Sequence record: DRR723986_11253
Reading direction: 5' to 3' (one strand)
Length of the DNA: 45,261 bases
Position 1 is the stretch's first letter; each line of letters opens with the position of its first letter. Below, piece after piece: positions 27,714 to 37,655 of this stretch. The notes beneath the pieces were generated by a model. The model had not been told where the DNA came from and did not search any database. It saw nothing but the letters and a program-made list of their open reading frames with translations. A program made the translations under genes and the position numbers.

Positions 27714-27745
27714 CTCAAACGGTCATTGAAATGTACCTCCCAAAA

Positions 27746-29788
27746 TCACAGAATATTGGACTTCGAATTCATTTCTTTCAACTTCTGCTGCATATAAAAC
27801 ATCTCATCTCTTAACCTCGCTGCCTCAATGAAGTCAAGTTTTTTAGCCGCCGCCTCCATATCTTTTTGAGATTTCTTAATGGCTTCTTCTAATTGGCCTT
27901 TAGTCATGTATTGAATCACTGGATCCGCAGCCATGGCCATTTCACTTTCTTCCGGCAGCTGGTAAACAGCCGGGCCGTCACCATCAGCTACTTTAGTTTG
28001 TTTTAAGATGCTCTCTTTCGATTTCTTGATCTGTGTTGGCGTAATGCCATGATCCTTGTTGTATTCTTCTTGTAAGGCCCTTCTCCGGTTTGTCTCGTCA
28101 ATCGTCTTCTGCATTGATTGTGTGATGTTATCGGCATACATTATCACGCGTCCGTTTACATTTCTTGCTGCTCTTCCTACTGTTTGCACTAAGGCTCTTT
28201 CAGATCTCAAAAATCCTTCTTTATCAGCATCAATGATAGCGACTAATGAAACTTCAGGTAAATCCAATCCTTCTCTTAATAAGTTAACTCCAATGAGCAC
28301 ATCAAAATCTCCAAGACGTAATTGTCTCAGGATTTCAACTCGTTCCATGGTATCAACATCCGAATGAATGTATCGGCAAGGAATTGCCAATCGATCCAAA
28401 TATTTTTGCAGTTCTTCGGCCATTCGTTTTGTTAGCGTAGTTACTAACACTCGCTCATCCAATTCTTTGCGTTGATGAATCTCTTCTATTAAATCATCAA
28501 TTTGATTTTTACTTGGCCTGATTTCAATGATTGGGTCAAGTAAACCAGTAGGACGAATCACTTGTTCCACATAAATTCCCTCCGAATTTTCTAATTCGTA
28601 ATCCGCTGGTGTGGCGCTAACATAGAGTGTTTGACCTGTGATGGCTTCAAACTCTTCAAATTTCAACGGTCGATTATCCATAGCGGCAGGCAAACGGAAT
28701 CCGAACTCCACCAAATTTTGTTTTCTTGATCGGTCACCACCATACATTGCTCTCACTTGAGGCAAGGTTACGTGACTTTCATCTATCATGAGAACAAAAT
28801 CATCTGGGAAATAATCGATCAGACAAAAGGGTCTTGAACCTGGAGATCTTTGATCAAAATAGCGTGAGTAATTTTCAATACCCGAGCAATAACCCAGTTC
28901 ACGAATCATTTCCAGATCATAATTTACCCGATCCTCAATACGTTTGGCTTCAATTTCTTTGCCTTCTCCTCTTAAAAATTCTAAATGTTTTCCTAAATCC
29001 AATTCAATTTCACCAATAGCCGCATTTATTGTAGCTTGTGAAGTCACGAAAATGTTTGCTGGAAAAATGTTAATATCCTTAAAATCCTCAATTTTAGAAT
29101 TATTTATAGGATCAAAAGTGTAAATTTCTTCAATTTCATCACCCCAGAAAACAATTCTCAAAGCATAATCCACATAGGCTAGAAAGACATCTATTGTATC
29201 TCCTTTAACCCTAAAATTACCACGTTCAGGTGCTGTATCATTTCTTGAATATAAATTCTCTACTAATCTCAGTAGGAACTTATTACGAGAAATCATCATG
29301 CCTTTTTTAATGCTGACAATACTCTCTTCAAATTCTTTTGGATTTCCAATACCATAAATGCAAGATACAGAAGCAACAATGATTACATCTCGTCTTCCTG
29401 ACAATAAAGAAGATGTCGCGGCTAATCGCAGTTTTTCAATTTCATCATTGATTGACATGTCCTTCTCAATAAAGGTGTCAGTTGTTGGGAGATATGCTTC
29501 TGGCTGATAATAGTCGTAATAAGAAACAAAATACTCGACAGCGTTCTCCGGGAAGAATTGTTTGAATTCGCCATAGAGTTGTGCGGCTAAGGTTTTATTG
29601 TGTGATAAAATCAAAGTTGGGCGTTGAATTTTTTCAATTACATTGGCCATGGTAAATGTTTTTCCACTACCTGTAACACCTAATAATGTTTGGAATTCAG
29701 TTCCATCATTGAACCCTTCAACAATTTGGCGAATGGCTTCTGGTTGATCTCCGGTTGGTTGATAATCTGAATGTAATTTAAATTCCAT
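27746..29788 (-). CDS. uvrB: Excinuclease ABC subunit B
   Basis: PTGDQPEAI, GVTGSGKTFT, YYDYYQPEAY, DESH, GRAARN, C-terminal UVR domain. Confidence 0.98.
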   Translation of the reverse strand: MEFKLHSDYQPTGDQPEAIRQIVEGFNDGTEFQTLLGVTGSGKTFTMANVIEKIQRPTLILSHNKTLAAQLYGEFKQFFPENAVEYFVSYYDYYQPEAYLPTTDTFIEKDMSINDEIEKLRLAATSSLLSGRRDVIIVASVSCIYGIGNPKEFEESIVSIKKGMMISRNKFLLRLVENLYSRNDTAPERGNFRVKGDTIDVFLAYVDYALRIVFWGDEIEEIYTFDPINNSKIEDFKDINIFPANIFVTSQATINAAIGEIELDLGKHLEFLRGEGKEIEAKRIEDRVNYDLEMIRELGYCSGIENYSRYFDQRSPGSRPFCLIDYFPDDFVLMIDESHVTLPQVRAMYGGDRSRKQNLVEFGFRLPAAMDNRPLKFEEFEAITGQTLYVSATPADYELENSEGIYVEQVIRPTGLLDPIIEIRPSKNQIDDLIEEIHQRKELDERVLVTTLTKRMAEELQKYLDRLAIPCRYIHSDVDTMERVEILRQLRLGDFDVLIGVNLLREGLDLPEVSLVAIIDADKEGFLRSERALVQTVGRAARNVNGRVIMYADNITQSMQKTIDETNRRRALQEEYNKDHGITPTQIKKSKESILKQTKVADGDGPAVYQLPEESEMAMAADPVIQYMTKGQLEEAIKKSQKDMEAAAKKLDFIEAARLRDEMFYMQQKLKEMNSKSNIL

Positions 29789-30989
29789 GCTGTTGTTCTA
29801 ATCTTTTTAAGGCGCCTTCAATATCAGCATTTTGTCCCTTAATTGAAAGAACTTTGCGAATTAGGTGCTCAATTACCGAATCTGGGCAAGAGGCTCCACT
29901 TATAATTGCAATGCTGTTAATTCTGGTCCAATTAATTTCGCTTTGTTCAATTTGTTCACTACTTAAGTTGTAATGACGAATCAATTGAGTATCTATTTTA
30001 TCTGGAGTATCTATAAAATAAGTAAGGTGTTTTTTGCTGTGTATTTCTGCCAAATGGCTTGTATTGGAACTATTAAATCCACCAACCACTAGTGCTAAAT
30101 CAATTTGATATTCTAGTAAGTTTAGGTTAGCTTGCTGATTGTCGTTTGTAGCGTAGCATAATGTGTCTCGCGTATTAGCGAATTCACCCTTTGCTTTATT
30201 CGTCAGAATAGCTGATTCAATGAGTTGAGCAATACCTTTAGTTTCATCCGCCAACATAGTAGTTTGGTTAATCACTGCAACTTTTTTTAAGGCAGATTCA
30301 GGCTTGAAATTTGGGGAGCATTTATGGCCAAAATCATTTTCCCAATTAGAAAAATCTTGTTGCCGGATGTAATCCGCTAATTTTTGTGCGTCTTGAATGT
30401 TTTCAACAATTAGAGCATTTCCATTTTTGGCCATCCTTGAAAATGTTGCTCTTGTTTCTTCATGACCGATTGTTCCATGTATTACAAGCGTAAAATCTTT
30501 TTGACTCAATTCATTGCCTTTATTCCAAACGCGTTCAACAAATGGGCAAGTGGTATCAAAATGTTCGGTTTGAATTTCTTTGGTTTTCAAAAGTTCTAAA
30601 ACCTCTAAGGATGTTCCAAAGGCTGGAATAATGACAATGTCATCCTTAGAAATTGTGTCCCATGTAATCAGTTGATTGCCTTCAGTATCTTGAATGAAAT
30701 GTAAGCCGTGGTCTTTTAGATCTTTATTAACCCCAGGATTGTGAATCATTTCACTGATCATGAAAATGCGTTTGTTGGGATGCGCATTTATGATTGAATA
30801 AGCCTTTTCTACAGCGTTTTGCACCCCGAAACAAAAACCAAAATGTCTGGGTAAATAGATTTTGAAATTTGAAAAATCAAGTAAACTTGGATTAAAGTCT
30901 TTTTTTCTTGGGTCGAATTGTGTTCTGATGGATTTGACCCGATCAAGAATTGAAGATGTGAAATTTAAGGGAATATTGAACTGCTTCAT
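29778..30989 (-). CDS. ispH: 4-hydroxy-3-methylbut-2-enyl diphosphate reductase
   Basis: FGFCFGV, MIHNP, DTTCPFV, NQTTM, DTLCYAT, VGGFNSSNT, SGASCP. Confidence 0.95.
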   Translation of the reverse strand: MKQFNIPLNFTSSILDRVKSIRTQFDPRKKDFNPSLLDFSNFKIYLPRHFGFCFGVQNAVEKAYSIINAHPNKRIFMISEMIHNPGVNKDLKDHGLHFIQDTEGNQLITWDTISKDDIVIIPAFGTSLEVLELLKTKEIQTEHFDTTCPFVERVWNKGNELSQKDFTLVIHGTIGHEETRATFSRMAKNGNALIVENIQDAQKLADYIRQQDFSNWENDFGHKCSPNFKPESALKKVAVINQTTMLADETKGIAQLIESAILTNKAKGEFANTRDTLCYATNDNQQANLNLLEYQIDLALVVGGFNSSNTSHLAEIHSKKHLTYFIDTPDKIDTQLIRHYNLSSEQIEQSEINWTRINSIAIISGASCPDSVIEHLIRKVLSIKGQNADIEGALKRLEQQHGI

Positions 30990-31004
30990 TTCACCTCACA
31001 GTTT

Positions 31005-31700
31005 TTACAAATCCAAAAAATAATCTAAAGTAGAGAAATTGATATGATCACCAGACCAGAAATTTAATGTATTACCATCTTTATCAATCAAATAAGTAGC
31101 TGGAAAAGTGTTGCCTGCGTTTTGGACAAAGAGTTCTCCATCTATTGTGAATGATTTAAATTCAGTTCCATTATTTTCATTGATAAAAGATTCTCGTGCC
31201 TCATTTTCACCAGGAAAGAAAGCATTCACCTGAATGTTTTGACCACCTTGTATATTCATTCCTAATTTTCTGCTTAAGGCTTTACAATGGGGGCAAGTAG
31301 AAGTGAAAAAACATACGATTTGTTGTTCTCCGTTCAATTCAAAGGCATTATTGGTAGCTTCTTGAAGACTAGCCATAGACAATTCAGGAAGTTGGCTATT
31401 TTGAACATAGCCATAATCTCCTTCATAAATTGGGGCGATAAAAGATATTCCAATTCCAGGCAAAATAGCAATGATAAAGGTGATCCAAAACTTTAGTTTT
31501 CTAGTTTTCTCAAATGCTTTGAACAAGAAATTAAGGCTTACGGCTAAAAAGATAATGACCATTAATCTTAGATAGATTGTTGAGAATACCCAACCCGAAC
31601 CTAATTTAACGACCAATATTTGAAGTAAGTCGTTGAAATAAATTGGAATGAGAAAACAGAGTAGGAGTGCGGCAATAGCGCCTGAAATTCTTGCTAACAT
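31005..31700 (-). CDS. Membrane-anchored thioredoxin-fold protein
   Basis: Three N-terminal TM helices, FFTSTCPHCK, cis-Pro motif TFPATYLID. Confidence 0.8.
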   Translation of the reverse strand: MLARISGAIAALLLCFLIPIYFNDLLQILVVKLGSGWVFSTIYLRLMVIIFLAVSLNFLFKAFEKTRKLKFWITFIIAILPGIGISFIAPIYEGDYGYVQNSQLPELSMASLQEATNNAFELNGEQQIVCFFTSTCPHCKALSRKLGMNIQGGQNIQVNAFFPGENEARESFINENNGTEFKSFTIDGELFVQNAGNTFPATYLIDKDGNTLNFWSGDHINFSTLDYFLDL

Positions 31701-31716
31701 TCGGTAAATTTAGGAT

Positions 31717-31750
31717 AAAAAAAAAGGTTAATCAATTAAGATTAACCTTT
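31717..31750 (-). terminator. Intrinsic terminator after the 66-aa lipoprotein gene
   Basis: AAAGGTTAATC-N6-GATTAACCTTT perfect stem followed by a T-run on the minus strand. Confidence 0.85.
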
Positions 31751-31769
31751 AAATTTAGTTTTTTATAAA

Positions 31770-31970
31770 CTATTGAGGTACACAAGTTTCAACTGGTACA
31801 CCTAATACTTTATCTTCTGCATCATTACAAGCTTCACCAGCATCTTTTCCTTTACCAGTTTTTTCGTAAACTTGTCCATTATCAGTACAGTCACATTTAA
31901 ATTCTTTTTTACAAGAAGTCATTGCTGCAGTACCTGCGATAAGTGCAGCGATCATAATTACCTTTTTCAT
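31770..31970 (-). CDS. Small Cys-rich lipoprotein
   Basis: Lipobox MTSC, CKKEFKCDC...C...C; own -7 box TATATTTG (32008-32001) and terminator. Confidence 0.85.
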   Translation of the reverse strand: MKKVIMIAALIAGTAAMTSCKKEFKCDCTDNGQVYEKTGKGKDAGEACNDAEDKVLGVPVETCVPQ

Positions 31971-32092
31971 AATTAATTTTTTTTTTCAGTTAATTGGAAC
32001 CAAATATAATAAATCGTTTTAAAATTAATGGCTCGATAACTTTTTAATTTGTTAAGATTACGTTAAATATTAACAAAGGGTTTCAAAAAGTG

Positions 32093-32126
32093 AAAAAAAA
32101 ATGGAAATTCTGTGGAGAATCCCCAT
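32093..32126 (-). terminator. Intrinsic terminator after the 79-aa lipoprotein gene
   Basis: Minus strand ATGGGGATTCT-CCAC-AGAATTTCCAT (2 G-U pairs) followed by a T-run. Confidence 0.8.
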
Positions 32127-32144
32127 TCAAAAAATGTTGGTATA

Positions 32145-32384
32145 TTATTTTAACTCACAGTCCGTATCCCAAGAGTATCCCCCAAAGCTTCCAGAGCTTT
32201 CTAAAGAGTTACATTTAGTTTCGGCGTCAGATTTTGTGATGTCTGTAAATGTGGTGTCACCTGATCCGGTCACGGTTCCGCTACCAGAAGTTGTAGTAGT
32301 TGTGCATCCGCAGATGTAATCTTTTTTACATGAAACGACAGCAAACGCTGCCAAAATCAGTGAGAATATTATTACTTTTTTCAT
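32145..32384 (-). CDS. Small Cys-rich lipoprotein (paralog of 31770-31970)
   Basis: Lipobox VVSC, CKKDYICGC...C...CELK. Confidence 0.85.
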   Translation of the reverse strand: MKKVIIFSLILAAFAVVSCKKDYICGCTTTTTSGSGTVTGSGDTTFTDITKSDAETKCNSLESSGSFGGYSWDTDCELK

Positions 32385-32391
32385 AATTAAG

Positions 32392-32796
32392 TTATTTTTT
32401 CTTGTATTCAGTTACAGTTGATTGTCCTAATATAGATAAAGATAAAACTAATTTCGATTCAGTTAATTCCACAATATTAGAAGTTAATGTAATCTCACCA
32501 AAAGTAGGGTCATCAACATTGAAAGACAATTTTGTTCCTTTTTCTTTTACTTGAAAATTATATTCCAATACATCTCCGTCTGCGCTCGTGTAAAAAGCTT
32601 TACAAAATTCTTCTGATTTTAACTTACAACTTTCAAATCTGTACTCTCCTTTCGAAGAATCTGGTACTGGTTCTTCATTTATCGAAACTTCTTCCCAGGT
32701 TCCATCTAATTGGTTTACGGCCTCCTGGTCCTTATTACATGCGACCAATGCTAAAAAGGCTACAAGTGAAATCATTAAACTAATTTTTTTCATCAT
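32392..32796 (-). CDS. Lipocalin-like lipoprotein
   Basis: Lipobox LVAC, LDGTW, IVELTESKLVL. Confidence 0.8.
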   Translation of the reverse strand: MMKKISLMISLVAFLALVACNKDQEAVNQLDGTWEEVSINEEPVPDSSKGEYRFESCKLKSEEFCKAFYTSADGDVLEYNFQVKEKGTKLSFNVDDPTFGEITLTSNIVELTESKLVLSLSILGQSTVTEYKKK

Positions 32797-32805
32797 CTTT
32801 TAAAT

Positions 32806-33978
32806 TTATGTAAGTGCTAAGCACAGTAATGTTTCTATTCCAGTTTGAATTGCTTTCTCGTCAATATTAAATTCTGCATTGTGAACAGGATGAACGATTC
32901 CTTTTTCTTCGTTTCGTACACCTATCCTGATAAATGTTGCAGGAATTTCTTGTGAATAATAAGCAAAATCTTCACCGGTTAGTCGAATTGGTAAATCTAT
33001 AACCCTATTGGTGCCAAAAAAGTTCTCGGTTTTCTCTTTGGCCTTTGCGGTTAATTGAATGTCATTCTCTAAATAGGGGTAACCAACTTGAATATTGATG
33101 TCTATTTTTCCGCCCATTCCTTCCACAATTCCTTTGCAATGTTCTTCAATAAGCTGATGTGCTTTTGCCCTCCAATTTTCGTCCATGGTTCTAAAAGTTC
33201 CTTGAATTTCTACGATATCTGGAATAACGTTAGTGGCTCCCAAGCCTTCAATTCTACCAAATGATAATACGCAAGGTAAGTTTGGTGGGCATTTTCGACT
33301 CACGATTTGTTGTAAAGAAGTGATCAGCTGGGCACTAATGGCAATTGGGTCAATATTTTGATGAGGCATGGCGCCGTGTCCTCCTTTGCCTTTTACGGTG
33401 AGATAGATTTCGTCACATGACGCCATGTACATGCCAGACTTCAACCCAATTTTACCCGCTTCTAGTTCTGGGAAAACATGCAAAGCGTAGATTTCATCCA
33501 CTTTCGGGTTCTGTAATACGCCAGCCTCAATCATTAATTTAGCTCCACCTGGCAATTTTTCCTCACCAGGCTGAAAAATCAACTTTACGCAACAATTTAA
33601 GGCGTCTTTTTGCTCTTGTAATATTTTGGCGGTGCCCAATAACATAGCTGTGTGAACGTCATGGCCACAGGCGTGCATGACGCCTTCATTCTGTGATTTA
33701 TATTCTACCGTATTTAATTCTTGTATAGGTAAAGCGTCTAAATCAGCACGTAAAGCAATGCATTTTTCATTCGCTTTTTCAGGGTTAATGGTAGCTAAAA
33801 CTCCAGTTTCAACAATACCTGCGGTAAAAGGAATGCCCCACTCAATAAGTTTTGATTGAACGTATTTAGAGGTTTCAAATTCTTGAAACGATAATTCAGG
33901 ATGCTGATGCAAATGCCTTCTAATGGCAATGGCTTCATCCAAAATTTTACTCGATTGTTGTTGTATGAGTTGTTTCAT
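32806..33978 (-). CDS. M20D family amidohydrolase
   Basis: RRHLHQHPELSFQE, LRADLDALP, MHACGHDVH, FQPGEE, GKGGHGA, GEDF. Confidence 0.95.
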   Translation of the reverse strand: MKQLIQQQSSKILDEAIAIRRHLHQHPELSFQEFETSKYVQSKLIEWGIPFTAGIVETGVLATINPEKANEKCIALRADLDALPIQELNTVEYKSQNEGVMHACGHDVHTAMLLGTAKILQEQKDALNCCVKLIFQPGEEKLPGGAKLMIEAGVLQNPKVDEIYALHVFPELEAGKIGLKSGMYMASCDEIYLTVKGKGGHGAMPHQNIDPIAISAQLITSLQQIVSRKCPPNLPCVLSFGRIEGLGATNVIPDIVEIQGTFRTMDENWRAKAHQLIEEHCKGIVEGMGGKIDINIQVGYPYLENDIQLTAKAKEKTENFFGTNRVIDLPIRLTGEDFAYYSQEIPATFIRIGVRNEEKGIVHPVHNAEFNIDEKAIQTGIETLLCLALT

Positions 33979-34366
33979 TTTTTGAGAATTCTCCTTTATA
34001 ACCTGAATAAATCATTTTAATTGAGATGTATAACATCAATACTCCAAATACCAGTTTAACAATTGCCGGAGATAGTTTCAAAGCTATTTTTGATCCAAAA
34101 TATCCGCCTACAACGAATGCTAAAGCAATGATAATTCCATAAGTCCAATTCACCTGACCAGCTTTGTAATAATTAAGAAAGGCCAAAATTCCGATAGGAG
34201 GAAGCATTAGTAAAAGACTAGTTCCTTGGGCCATGTGTTGGTTCATTCCTAAAATATATACCATTGCCGGAACCATAATGACGCCACCGCCAATTCCTAT
34301 AAATCCTGACATTGCCCCGGCGGCAAGCCCTATAAGTATTAAGAGAATGATCGTTTGAGTTGTCAT
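33947..34366 (-). CDS. TauE/SafE (sulfite exporter-like) family protein, half-length
   Basis: GLAAGAMSGFIGIGGGVIMVP, AQGTSL; about 4 TM helices. Confidence 0.88.
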   Translation of the reverse strand: MTTQTIILLILIGLAAGAMSGFIGIGGGVIMVPAMVYILGMNQHMAQGTSLLLMLPPIGILAFLNYYKAGQVNWTYGIIIALAFVVGGYFGSKIALKLSPAIVKLVFGVLMLYISIKMIYSGYKGEFSKNETTHTTTIE

Positions 34367-37300
34367 ATATCTTTTGAAAGTGAAAGGTATGGTAAAGGTT
34401 TTTGAATTTCGAAATCTTCAACTCCCCATGCAGCATCTAATCTAATAAAATATCCCCAGATTTTTGTTCTCACACCAACTCCAAATCCACCAATTATGGG
34501 TTCTCGTAGATTTTCAAGATTAATGGTTACGGGCTTATCATCAATTACTTGCGTATTAAAATAATTGTCAGGGTGGAATGGGTGAGGGCCTGTCCAAGCA
34601 ACTCCAATATCACCAAAAGCAACAATTTGAAAATGCTTCACAATGTCACTTTTAATTGGGTATGAAGAGAAATAAGTGAATACCGGCATACGTAATTCGG
34701 TGTTGAATAAAGCAAAGCTGTTTCCATTTCTTTTATTCTGGATAAACCCTCTCATTGGGGTTGCTATTGTTTGAAAACCAAAGTTCTGGCTTGGGTCTAC
34801 GGCAATGTTTTGATCAAAATCAGGAGTCCGTCTTAGCACCCAATTATCTACACCGCCCAGATAATAAAGGAGTTTTCTATCTCCCAGTGAAGTTGCCGCA
34901 GCAAATCTATTGACCCAAATGAAGTTTCTTTTAATTCGTGTGTAATTTCTGAAATCAATTCCCAGGTTGAAGGTAGGGTCATAATTGCCTCCCAATTCCT
35001 GTAAATACTCAGCAAATATTTTGAATCTCAGGCCTCTTCGAATGTTTAATTCCATTGGGATGGTATTGTCAAAAACAAGCTCTGCTTTTAAGCCGGAATT
35101 GTAGCTGTCAATGTTTTCACTAATTAATGAATTGTCACTAACCGGAATAAATACTTGCTTGTCTTTTCTGATGTTAACGGTTGTTCTGACTGATAAAATT
35201 TCAGATATCGGCATATTGATTCGATAGCGAATATCATGTGTCAACCATTTGTAAGGAGAAGACAAGGTGCCCTCAACTGATTTTTGTCTGTAAAAAAGAA
35301 TTCTGTGATCAAATCTGTTTTCAAGATTTTCTGCCATTAATAAGAACTCTCCACCTGGGTTTGGTAGTCTCATAGGGATTCTCACTCCTCCCAATAATTT
35401 AAAATCATCAAAAAGATCACTTGCTCCTAATTTGAGCATAAGGTTTAATCCAGGATTAAAATAGACAGAGCCAGGTCCAGAATAAGGTTGGTAGTTTGGA
35501 AACAAGAAATTGTTGTCAAACTGTGATAACACATAATCTTTGGCGAAATTGGGTTTGTAAATGGTATAAGCAGATGGTTTCCATTTTGGTTTTTTATAGG
35601 TTGAATCACTGCTGGTTGAATCACTTAAACTGCCCGTATTATTTGAAGCTCCTATTTCAACTATTTCCTTCTGGTATTTGTGTTGCTCAAGATAGATGGT
35701 ATCGTTTTCTATTTTATTCCCAAGTGTTTCTTTGTCTTTTATTTTCTTGATATCATTCAGTCTTTTCTGCATGTACGTGGTGTTCCATAGCACATCTATT
35801 CTGTTCTCATTGACTTTTTCATGCAGCACTTTAAATGTGTTGTTTTGATAAATTAACTGAATGGACTCGTTATTTTTATTGATGTTATGCTCTCGGATTG
35901 ACGAAACATAATTGGTTTGAGGAGAAGTTGTTCTTGTATACTGATAGTGTGTAACAGTATCAATGAAACTGATAGAACTATCTTTTACAGTAATGAACCT
36001 GTTGTAAAGTCCATTTCTATCACTCAAATAAACATATTTCCCTCTGTCAACTTCAAATGGCATGATTTCATTTTCATAAGGAGTATTTGTGACTCTCTCT
36101 AAATATTTATAATTCCTATTCATTTCAATTAAATTGAAGATAAACAGGTCATTTTTTTGATCAATAAAGTTGATATCAGGTTTTTTAAATATGGTGTCAT
36201 TGTCTCTGTTAGATGAGAATAAAATACGAGAATCGTTGTCAATAAATTGAGGATGCAAATCATCATAAATGTCGTCAGTAACTCGTGTTATACTTTTTGA
36301 GAGAATATTATAGATGTACAAATCTGATTGCCCCTTAACAACAGCAGACATTACCATTTTTTTACCATCATCTGAATAAGAGAAGTCGAGAACCTTGTCC
36401 ATGTCCTTCATGGTTTTATCCACTAAAGACTTATCATCAAAGGAATAAATAAAGAGTTTCAACTCGCCTTTAACTTCAGAGAAAAATGCTAACGCATTTC
36501 CGCTTGGATGCCATTGAAGGGTAGGGAATGAATAGTCTTGAAGACGCATCATTTTGGTCTCTTTCGCGTAAATTTTTTGAGTTTTACCCGTCAGTGTATC
36601 CAAAACTTTTACTCGGTATCTACCTAATTGATTTTCAACATAAGCTACTTTGGTTCCATCAGGACTAAGTCGCACAGAATAATACACTGATTCTTTTTTG
36701 TTTTTTAACTTGATTTTCGATCCTTTCGGTTCTTCCTGAGAATCGTACTCATCAATATATCTGCTCCTATAGAATGCAATGTAATTTCTGGTCAATTTTG
36801 CAAAATCCATTCCCAACAAAGAGAAGAATCCTCTTTCAACGTTTTTAGTTACCCGAGTAATGTAAATGATATTTGGAATAATGGTTTTACCATGAGTCTC
36901 TGCAATATAATTCCAGACAGCTACTCCAGCATAAGCTTTTTCCTCATCAGTCAAATCATTGAATCGATCAATTTTTTTTGTGAGGATAAGGTCTTTAACT
37001 CTGCTTTCAATGTCAGCATCCCATTCTTTTACGAAATAAGTGATAAGCCCTTTTTCTAGCCAAACCGGAATGCCCGAATTTACGGTAGATTTTAATTGAT
37101 CTTTCCAATCACCTCCAAAAAACATGTGTTTCAACAAAACTTCATATACTGCTGCCTTAATGTTGTTGTTGAATTTTTGATGGTCACCTTCAAAGTACAT
37201 GAATATTTTTGAGCCAACAATTCTTGTGGTTCCACCTACTGTACTCATTTCATCATTGGTGACCCCAATGTTACTTTGACGGAATTTTTGTTGAGATTCG

Positions 37301-37587
37301 TAGACAATGACTTCAAGCTTTTCAGGAAAATTATAATCTAATTTTTCTTCTGCTAATCCTAGATAATGATGCATAGTACGAGCCACATAGATGGCAACAT
37401 CTTCATTCAACCCGCTATAGTATATTCTGAATCTTTTATAAGCATGAAACTTCCAGCTAAACCCGTTATACTGAACCCTACTTTTGCCAAATTCTTGATA
37501 TGACCCTTGGTAAAATTGGGCATCTGATTGAACTGGAATTAGTAAAATAAAAGCCAGAAAAAATATGTACCGTATTTTTTGTTGCAT
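34363..37587 (-). CDS. Large outer-membrane protein: peptidase-MA-like N-domain, TolB/PD40 beta-propeller, Omp85-like C-terminal barrel
   Basis: FGKSRVQY N-terminus, IPVWLEKGL, SPDG/WHPSG/YSDDG propeller repeats, PMRGF loop motif, C-terminal GFGVGVRTKIWGYFIRLDAAWG. Confidence 0.75.
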   Translation of the reverse strand: MQQKIRYIFFLAFILLIPVQSDAQFYQGSYQEFGKSRVQYNGFSWKFHAYKRFRIYYSGLNEDVAIYVARTMHHYLGLAEEKLDYNFPEKLEVIVYESQQKFRQSNIGVTNDEMSTVGGTTRIVGSKIFMYFEGDHQKFNNNIKAAVYEVLLKHMFFGGDWKDQLKSTVNSGIPVWLEKGLITYFVKEWDADIESRVKDLILTKKIDRFNDLTDEEKAYAGVAVWNYIAETHGKTIIPNIIYITRVTKNVERGFFSLLGMDFAKLTRNYIAFYRSRYIDEYDSQEEPKGSKIKLKNKKESVYYSVRLSPDGTKVAYVENQLGRYRVKVLDTLTGKTQKIYAKETKMMRLQDYSFPTLQWHPSGNALAFFSEVKGELKLFIYSFDDKSLVDKTMKDMDKVLDFSYSDDGKKMVMSAVVKGQSDLYIYNILSKSITRVTDDIYDDLHPQFIDNDSRILFSSNRDNDTIFKKPDINFIDQKNDLFIFNLIEMNRNYKYLERVTNTPYENEIMPFEVDRGKYVYLSDRNGLYNRFITVKDSSISFIDTVTHYQYTRTTSPQTNYVSSIREHNINKNNESIQLIYQNNTFKVLHEKVNENRIDVLWNTTYMQKRLNDIKKIKDKETLGNKIENDTIYLEQHKYQKEIVEIGASNNTGSLSDSTSSDSTYKKPKWKPSAYTIYKPNFAKDYVLSQFDNNFLFPNYQPYSGPGSVYFNPGLNLMLKLGASDLFDDFKLLGGVRIPMRLPNPGGEFLLMAENLENRFDHRILFYRQKSVEGTLSSPYKWLTHDIRYRINMPISEILSVRTTVNIRKDKQVFIPVSDNSLISENIDSYNSGLKAELVFDNTIPMELNIRRGLRFKIFAEYLQELGGNYDPTFNLGIDFRNYTRIKRNFIWVNRFAAATSLGDRKLLYYLGGVDNWVLRRTPDFDQNIAVDPSQNFGFQTIATPMRGFIQNKRNGNSFALFNTELRMPVFTYFSSYPIKSDIVKHFQIVAFGDIGVAWTGPHPFHPDNYFNTQVIDDKPVTINLENLREPIIGGFGVGVRTKIWGYFIRLDAAWGVEDFEIQKPLPYLSLSKDI

Positions 37588-37655
37588 GCGAAAGGTTAAA
37601 GATACAAATATCCGCTTGTAAAAGCTACATTTGTGGTATTCATAACGCTTAAATC

